This document shows, one piece after another, positions 57,833-64,000 of a DNA stretch of 64,000 nt. The stretch comes from Cellvibrionaceae bacterium (GTDB lineage: Bacteria; Pseudomonadota; Gammaproteobacteria; Pseudomonadales; Cellvibrionaceae). The position numbers and the translations under genes are program-made. How positions within the stretch are numbered: position 1 is the stretch's first letter; every line of letters starts with the position of its first letter. A model generated the notes under the pieces. That model ran no database searches. It was not told the DNA's origin and was given only the letters and a program-made list of their open reading frames with translations. The DNA is taken from positions 45,700-109,699 of the forward strand of contig PANW01000024.1 of NCBI GenBank assembly GCA_002707785.1. Reading direction: 5' to 3'.

Positions 57833-58321
57833 GAAATATGGCCCTTGCTGTGCTCTTCGGCGAAGTTTCCGCTAAGCGTTCTTGCGGCTGTCAAAATGTC
57901 GCGTAGTTTAACATCAAGAACCCGCCAAAACCACGAGGCTTTATGCGGCGGTTCGCCTGTACAGCCATGGGTCAAATGGGGTTGTACCTAACGCGCCACC
58001 GCTTCCAATGTGGCAGTATTTTCAAAGTTCTCTGTATGCTTGTTGTGGCTAATTTTTGTGCAGGAATCTTACGGTTTTCGCGACAGAAAAATGTCACCTG
58101 AATAGATTTGTCATCAAAATTATCTTCTACGTCAACTTTCAAAAAAATAGTTTTATTCAGTTTCTCGGTCATGCGTTATTGGTCTACGCGGCGGATAGAC
58201 CTATTAAAGGGCGTCTTCTATATTTCGTGAGCCAAGGCCCTTTTCTTATTTTAGTAGGCCTGTGGCACGCGAGGGCAGTCTGAAAAAGTCTGCAGGTGAT
58301 TGATGAAAGGAGGTCGAGCGG

Positions 58322-59125
58322 ATGAAGAAAAAAGTGGCCATTATCACCGTTCATGGCATGGGAGACACCAACCCCAGCTATCACAAAGAGCTGGAGGGTA
58401 AACTCACTAATTATGTCGGCAGAGAGCGATGGCAAGACAATGTGCATCTGGAGTCAGTTTTCTATCAAAAACATATGCAAGAAAACCAAAGAGACTACTG
58501 GAATGATATTGACGATGAGTATTCTCTGAAGTGGGATTTCTTGCGGAAATTCATGTTGTTTTCTTTTTCCGATGCGGCGTCCATCGAGCACAGTTTACGC
58601 AATGATTTGTCGCTCTACTTGGCGGTTCACGGCGAAATTGCAGCGGCTTTTGACGGCGCTTTTGACGCCTTAGAAGATGAGAGCAGTCCCGTCGTCATTG
58701 TTTCCCATTCTTTGGGGTGTGAGCAAATCTCCAACTATATTTGGGATTCACGACACAACAAACGTTTCTTTGAAACTGACAAGGGTTCTGCTCAGAAGAA
58801 GGCCTTTCGGCGTTTGTCGAGTTGCTATCGGTTGTATACCACCGGATGCAATATACCGATCTTCAGGGCGGGAATCGAAAAGCCAGAATTGTTTTCTCGG
58901 CCGAACAGTCGCTTTCGATGGAAAAACTATTTTGACGCTCACGATGTACTCGCCTATCCGCTAAAAAATATGTCGGACGATTATACCGTGGCTTGGTTGC
59001 ACGACAAAAAAGTCAACGTCGGCGGTCTAATGAGCGGTTGGAATCCTATGAGCCACCAACAGTACTGGACAGACAAAGACGTGTTAAAACCCATCGCTCG
59101 GGATATTCGAAACCTCATTGACTAA
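58322..59125 (+). CDS. Alpha/beta-hydrolase-like protein
   Basis: VHGMG, SHSLG nucleophile elbow, DVLAYPL and SHQQYW. GGAGG RBS. Confidence 0.7.
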   Translation: MKKKVAIITVHGMGDTNPSYHKELEGKLTNYVGRERWQDNVHLESVFYQKHMQENQRDYWNDIDDEYSLKWDFLRKFMLFSFSDAASIEHSLRNDLSLYLAVHGEIAAAFDGAFDALEDESSPVVIVSHSLGCEQISNYIWDSRHNKRFFETDKGSAQKKAFRRLSSCYRLYTTGCNIPIFRAGIEKPELFSRPNSRFRWKNYFDAHDVLAYPLKNMSDDYTVAWLHDKKVNVGGLMSGWNPMSHQQYWTDKDVLKPIARDIRNLID

Positions 59126-59155
59126 AAGAAGAGTTAATAAAAGAAGAATTGATCA

Positions 59156-59190
59156 AAAGAAAAAGCTGCTCTCGTGATTGAGAGCAGCCT
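59156..59190 (-). terminator. Terminator for katG
   Basis: Stem GCTGCTCTC/GAGAGCAGC with an A run on the left (U tract on the minus strand). Confidence 0.7.
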
Positions 59191-59221
59191 AGTAGGAATT
59201 AATAGAGCCAGAGACAGAGCT

Positions 59222-61444
59222 CTATTTTAAGTCAAAGCGATCCAGCCTCATCACCTTTGTCCAAGCGGCAACGAAGTCGTTAATCAACTTGTCTTCGCCG
59301 TCGTTGGCTGCGTAGACTTCAGCGATGGCGCGCAACTCTGAATTTGATCCAAAAATAAGATCAACAGGTGTTTCCGTCCACTTCAGGGCATTGCTCTTGC
59401 GATCATAGCCTTCGTAGATACCCTCGGCACTTTTCGATTGACTCCAGCGCGTCGACATATCGAGAAGGTTAATGAAGAAGTCGTTGCTCAGCGTGCCGGG
59501 CTGTTCGGTGAAAACACCGTGTGGGCTAGCCTCAGCATTGGCGTTCAGGCTACGCATGCCGCCGATCAAGGCCGTCATCTCAGGTACGCTCAAGCCCAGC
59601 ATGTTGGCTTTGTCTACCATCATCTCGGTAGGGCCCATGTAACTGGAGGCTGCGTAGTAATTCCTGAAGGCGTCGGCACTGGGCTCTAAGTACGAGAAAG
59701 ACAAGACTTCAGTTTGTGCTTGAGACGCATCCACTCGACCGGGTCTTACCGGAACTTCAATGCTGTGTCCGCCGCGCTTGGCCGCCTGCTCGATCGCTGC
59801 CGCACCACCGATAACAATGACATCGGCCAAAGATACCTGTTTTTTGCCAGAGCGTTTATTGAAGGCTGTCTGTATTTTCTCCAATGCTGCCAATGTGTTC
59901 TTGAGTTCGGCCGGATTGTTCGCCGCCCAGTTCACCTGAGGCTCCAAACGAATTCGAGCTCCGTTGGCACCGCCTCGCATGTCGGTCACTCGATGGCTTG
60001 AAGCGGATGCCCACGCTGTGCGAATCAGTTCTTCAGGAGATACATCGGATGCTAGGATCTTTTTCTTCAACTTCTTCACATCTTTATCACTGATGCTCTT
60101 GTAGTCGGCCGTCGGTAGTGGATCTTGCCACAGCAGCACTTCTTCGGGCACTTCACTGCCAAGGTAGCGTGCACGCGGTCCCATATCTCTGTGAGTCAGT
60201 TTGAACCATGCTTTGCCGAAGGCCAATTCGTATTCGGCGGGATCCTTGCGGAAACGCTCGACAATGGCTCTAAACTTGGGATCTTCCTTCAAAGCGATAT
60301 CGGTGGTTAGCATCATGGGGGCATTACGTTTGCCTTTGATGTGAGCGTCGGCCACCAAATTCTCAGCGCCTTTAGCGGTTGGTTTCCACTGTTTTGCACC
60401 GGCTGGACTGGTGGTTAATACCCAATCAAAATTCATCAGGTTATCGAGAAAGTTGCTTGACCACTGTGTGGGACTAACCGTCCAAGCACCTTCGAGTCCG
60501 CTGGTGGTGGTGTCGGCTCCCTTGCCGCTGCCACAACGGTTTTCCCAACCCAATCCCTGCTTCTCGATAGCGGCTGCTGCGGGTTCTGCACCAACGCACT
60601 TGTTCGGTTTTTTGGCTCCATGGGCTTTTCCGAAGGTGTGGCCGCCGGCAATGAGCGCGACGATTTCTTCATCATTCATCGCCATGCGACCAAACGACAT
60701 GCGAATATCTGCAGCGGCCAGTAGTGGATCAGGATTGCCGTGTGGCCCTTCTGGGTTGACATAAATGAGGCCCATCTCAACCGCGGCTAAAGGCCCTTTG
60801 AGTTTTCCTTTTTTGTCGCGGCGTTTGTCTTTTAGAAATTCAGTTTCCGGTCCCCAATAGACGAGATCGGGTTCCCAGTCGTCCTTGCGCCCCCCAGCAA
60901 ATCCAAAGGTTTTAAATCCCATGGATTCCAACGCAACATTACCGGACAATACCATCAAGTCAGCCCAAGAAAGTTTGCGGCCGTACTTTTGTTTTACCGG
61001 CCAAAGCAAGCGACGAGCTTTATCGAGATTGGCGTTATCAGGCCAGCTGTTGAGTGGATCAAAGCGCTGTTGACCGCCCGCGGCTCCGCCACGGCCATCG
61101 TTAACGCGGTATACCCCCGCGCTGTGCCACGCCATACGAATCATCAGTGGGCCATAGTGCCCCCAATCAGCGGGCCACCAGTCTTTAGAATCTTTGAGTG
61201 TTTTCTCTATGTCGGCTTTTACTTGATCCAAGTCCAGAGTTGAAAATTCTTTGGCGTAATTGAAGTCGGCGCCGTAAGGGTTAGATTTGTCGTCATGCTG
61301 ACGCAGTGGGCTCAGACTTAATTGTTCAGGCCACCACTGTTGGTTGGTCATTCCACTGGACATTTCTTGATTGGCATAGGTGCTCGCTATGGGCAAGATT
61401 GATAAACTCAATAGCCCCAATAGGGGCAATGGATTCTTAAACAT
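59222..61444 (-). CDS. katG: Catalase-peroxidase with a signal peptide
   Basis: [38 protein letters not shown] and DRFDL. Confidence 0.97.
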   Translation of the reverse strand: MFKNPLPLLGLLSLSILPIASTYANQEMSSGMTNQQWWPEQLSLSPLRQHDDKSNPYGADFNYAKEFSTLDLDQVKADIEKTLKDSKDWWPADWGHYGPLMIRMAWHSAGVYRVNDGRGGAAGGQQRFDPLNSWPDNANLDKARRLLWPVKQKYGRKLSWADLMVLSGNVALESMGFKTFGFAGGRKDDWEPDLVYWGPETEFLKDKRRDKKGKLKGPLAAVEMGLIYVNPEGPHGNPDPLLAAADIRMSFGRMAMNDEEIVALIAGGHTFGKAHGAKKPNKCVGAEPAAAAIEKQGLGWENRCGSGKGADTTTSGLEGAWTVSPTQWSSNFLDNLMNFDWVLTTSPAGAKQWKPTAKGAENLVADAHIKGKRNAPMMLTTDIALKEDPKFRAIVERFRKDPAEYELAFGKAWFKLTHRDMGPRARYLGSEVPEEVLLWQDPLPTADYKSISDKDVKKLKKKILASDVSPEELIRTAWASASSHRVTDMRGGANGARIRLEPQVNWAANNPAELKNTLAALEKIQTAFNKRSGKKQVSLADVIVIGGAAAIEQAAKRGGHSIEVPVRPGRVDASQAQTEVLSFSYLEPSADAFRNYYAASSYMGPTEMMVDKANMLGLSVPEMTALIGGMRSLNANAEASPHGVFTEQPGTLSNDFFINLLDMSTRWSQSKSAEGIYEGYDRKSNALKWTETPVDLIFGSNSELRAIAEVYAANDGEDKLINDFVAAWTKVMRLDRFDLK

Positions 61445-61710
61445 TGGCTCTGCTCCGTCATAATTTTTTTGGGTTCAACGGGGAAGAAGATTAGTCTCTG
61501 TTTCTTAAATTGTCCGATTTTTATATACAATGGTCGGTATTGGAAAAAGCTATAAGCTTATGGGGTGCCCAATAGAAATTTCCAAAAGATCATTTGTATG
61601 ACAGATGGCGTTTAGATGATTGTTTTGGGATGTCTTTGATTTATTGAATAGCAAAAACGAGCAGTAACCCGGTGTTTGGAGGCTGCTACTTTTAAACAGG
61701 GAAAATAAAC

Positions 61711-62301
61711 TTGAAGAGCAATGTGTTAGAGAATCTTCGTTTGAGAGCAACGCTGGAAACAGTGAGATGCTGGCGCGCGTTGTGGTTGGTCTCTCTGTTG
61801 ATAACATTGCCGGCCTGCCAAGAGAGCGAGACGAGTAGTAATAAAGTGGGCGAGGTGGGACTGATCTATACCATTGAGAAAAACCCCATGGTGTTGGGCG
61901 TTGATACCATCGATGGCCGAGCACAGTTGCTGCTGTCAGCCGATAGCGATTTGAACGGCGACGGTCTGATGGATCACATAGCACTGCTCCAGTTGAACAG
62001 TTCGGGCAGCGGCATTTTTTACTATCTGAATGTGTTTGTTCGAGACCAAACCTCTGCTTTGACGTTTGTGGTTGAAGCGTTCCTAGGTGATCGGCTTCAC
62101 ATTGACGGATTGGATATCTATGGGCCTCAGTCTGTGTCTTCGATCACTGGTGTGGCTATTCCCGCGGCTGATCACGGTCAACTGTTTATTGCCTATCGTC
62201 AGCACAATGCCGATCAAGCTATGTCAGAGAAACCCAAGCTGTTTATGACTAAGCACTATAAGTTGGTTGGTGAAGAGTTAGTGTTGTTAGAGCAGAATTA
62301 A
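61711..62301 (+). CDS. Hypothetical lipoprotein
   Basis: Lipobox-like LPAC; DLNGDG..D and GSGIFYYL motifs. The true start is probably later than 61711. Confidence 0.6.
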   Translation: MKSNVLENLRLRATLETVRCWRALWLVSLLITLPACQESETSSNKVGEVGLIYTIEKNPMVLGVDTIDGRAQLLLSADSDLNGDGLMDHIALLQLNSSGSGIFYYLNVFVRDQTSALTFVVEAFLGDRLHIDGLDIYGPQSVSSITGVAIPAADHGQLFIAYRQHNADQAMSEKPKLFMTKHYKLVGEELVLLEQN

Positions 62302-62322
62302 GGTGTGCTTTTTCAAAGTTTC

Positions 62323-62360
62323 GCCAAGCCGACATACATTGGAACTGTCGGCTTGGCTTT
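62323..62360. terminator. Hairpin between convergent genes
   Basis: 12-bp stem GCCAAGCCGACA/TGTCGGCTTGGC followed by TTT. Confidence 0.65.
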
Positions 62361-62391
62361 AATGAGCATCAGCGCCAGATAGCAACTGATA

Positions 62392-62892
62392 TTAATAGGC
62401 GCCAGCACTGTAAACCAATTCGTAACTGTGGCTGTAGATCTCGACGATGTTGCCGAAGGGATCTTCCATATAAATCATGCGATAGGGCTTTTCGCCTGGG
62501 TAGTAATAGCGTGGTTTTTCCATGCGCTTTTTACCGCCAGCGGCAACAATACGTTCAGCCAGCTCCTCTACATTGGGGTCTTGCACACAAAAATGGAAGA
62601 CGCCGGTTTTCCAATACTCAAAGTTGTCCTCTGGGTTTTCTTGGTTTTTGAACTCGAACAGCTCAACACCAATACGATCACCGGTAGACATATGAGCAAT
62701 GCGGAATTTCTCCCAATTGCTGCCGAAGACATCGGTACACATTTCGCCGATGGCGCTCTCGTCTTCTACGATTTCCGTAGGGGTCATGATTAGGTACCAA
62801 CCCATGACTTCGGTGTAGAACTTCACCGCCTTGTCGAGATCAGGTACAGAAATACCGATGTGAGAAAAGGTTCTTGGGTACGCAGTGCTCAT
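62392..62892 (-). CDS. VOC/lactoylglutathione lyase family protein
   Basis: YPRTFSHIGISVPDL, GVELFEF, FHFCVQDP and DPFGNIVEIYSHSYE. Confidence 0.9.
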   Translation of the reverse strand: MSTAYPRTFSHIGISVPDLDKAVKFYTEVMGWYLIMTPTEIVEDESAIGEMCTDVFGSNWEKFRIAHMSTGDRIGVELFEFKNQENPEDNFEYWKTGVFHFCVQDPNVEELAERIVAAGGKKRMEKPRYYYPGEKPYRMIYMEDPFGNIVEIYSHSYELVYSAGAY

Positions 62893-63002
62893 GTTGTGCT
62901 CCTTTTTTTGATTCGTTTGATTCGTTTGATTTGTGATCAGCTTACAAAGCTTCTATGATTAGTGCTAATTATCATTTTTCATATAAATGAGTACTTTTTG
63001 TA

Positions 63003-63878
63003 ATGATTAATCCCCAGTGGTTGCGTACCTACTGCACGCTGGTCGAAGTCGGCCACTTTACTCAAACGGCAGAAAAACTGTATATGACTCAATCGGGAGT
63101 GAGCCAGCAAATACGCAAGCTGGAGTCGCACTTCGGTGCGCCCTTGTTGATTCGAGAGGGAAAGCAATTTTCCCTGACAGACGCCGGCAGCCGCCTCTAT
63201 CGCGAAGGGCGGCAGTTGTTGAATGCGATGACAGAGCTGGAACAGAACGTCAGTAGTGATCCTACCCACGCGGGATTGGTGAGGATCGCTTCACCGGGAA
63301 GCGTGGGCCTGAAACTCTATAGTCAGCTGCTGCAGTTCCAAGTACAGCACCCCGAGTTGGTGATTGATTTCCGCTTTGCCCCCAACGCCGATGTCGCCTC
63401 TCTGCTGGTCGAGCATAAAATTGATTTGGGTTTTATGACCGATGTATCGAATTCTGTGGATTTGAGTGTCGAGCCGATCGCTGAAGAGCCTTTGCAGCTG
63501 ATCACACCTGCTGCGATCACCGACGTCCGTTGGGAAAGTTTGAGTCAACTGGGATTTGTCGATCATCCCGATGGTTTTCATCATGCCCAACGCTTGTTGT
63601 CAAAGAACTATCCCGAGTTTCAGCACGCCAGTCAGTTCGAGGCGGCGGGTTTCTCCAATCAGATTCATTTGATACTAGAGCCCGTCAGCTTGGGATTGGG
63701 GTTTACGGTGTTACCCAGTTACGCGGTCGAAGCTTTTCCGAAGCCTGAGAGTATTCGTGTTCATCGCCTTGGAAATCCAGTCAAAGAGACGGTGTTTATG
63801 GGGCGTTATCGACACAAACCACTGTCCAATCGCGTGGCCACTGTTGCCGAGGTGGCGAAGAGTTTTCTGGCGCAGTGA
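63003..63878 (+). CDS. LysR family regulator, divergent from the VOC gene
   Basis: GHFTQTAEKLYMTQSGVSQQIRKLE HTH. Confidence 0.93.
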   Translation: MINPQWLRTYCTLVEVGHFTQTAEKLYMTQSGVSQQIRKLESHFGAPLLIREGKQFSLTDAGSRLYREGRQLLNAMTELEQNVSSDPTHAGLVRIASPGSVGLKLYSQLLQFQVQHPELVIDFRFAPNADVASLLVEHKIDLGFMTDVSNSVDLSVEPIAEEPLQLITPAAITDVRWESLSQLGFVDHPDGFHHAQRLLSKNYPEFQHASQFEAAGFSNQIHLILEPVSLGLGFTVLPSYAVEAFPKPESIRVHRLGNPVKETVFMGRYRHKPLSNRVATVAEVAKSFLAQ

Positions 63879-64000
63879 GGGTTTTTCCGGCGCTGAATCG
63901 TTGACTAGGAAGGTTATGAAGTTCGGGCTTTCTTCACAATCACTGAAGAAATCAAACCTGCTCTTCGTTGGTAAAATATTCTTGCTTAAACTGCTCGTGT

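Noticed and set aside
62907-62932. Short TTTGATTCG repeat upstream of the VOC gene
   Set aside because: Under three copies with no evidence of function.

Overview
A 64 kb chromosomal window from a marine-type gammaproteobacterium (Cellvibrionales/Pseudomonadales-like, inferred from gene content). I saw no rRNA, tRNA, CRISPR array, prophage or transposase. Main blocks, in order: (1) an acyltransferase-DinB-NRDE operon, a PAS-GGDEF gene, and paaX-like plus desaturase genes; (2) a MarR-controlled marR-GST-MMPL::LolA-like fusion-DUF1302 module with a triplicated operator and a leaderless-type marR promoter; (3) a MocR regulator divergent from ccoG-like, nitrite/sulfite reductase and DUF934 genes; (4) core genes: leu leader, leuA, pseudomonad-type holD, rimI; (5) a beta-glucan locus (gluP, GH3, DUF4380, two paralogous TonB receptors around an ECF sigma/FecR pair, halogenase) with four copies of one equally spaced ECF-type promoter; (6) a sigma54/NtrC/ANTAR nitrate island with nasT, a secreted tandem NarX/PilJ-type sensor, a sensor-less MCP coupled to a membrane-anchored NIT protein, an EAL protein and nrtABC plus porin; (7) glycerate kinase, nhaC, an unexplained operon (CorA-like, solute-binding protein, 3+1+3 TM protein), katG, VOC and LysR. 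The best candidates for undescribed systems are the split nitrate chemosensory module, the dual-receptor ECF regulon, the MMPL-LolA fusion and the CorA-like/SBP/SWEET-like operon. All family calls come from motif recognition by eye, not database searches.
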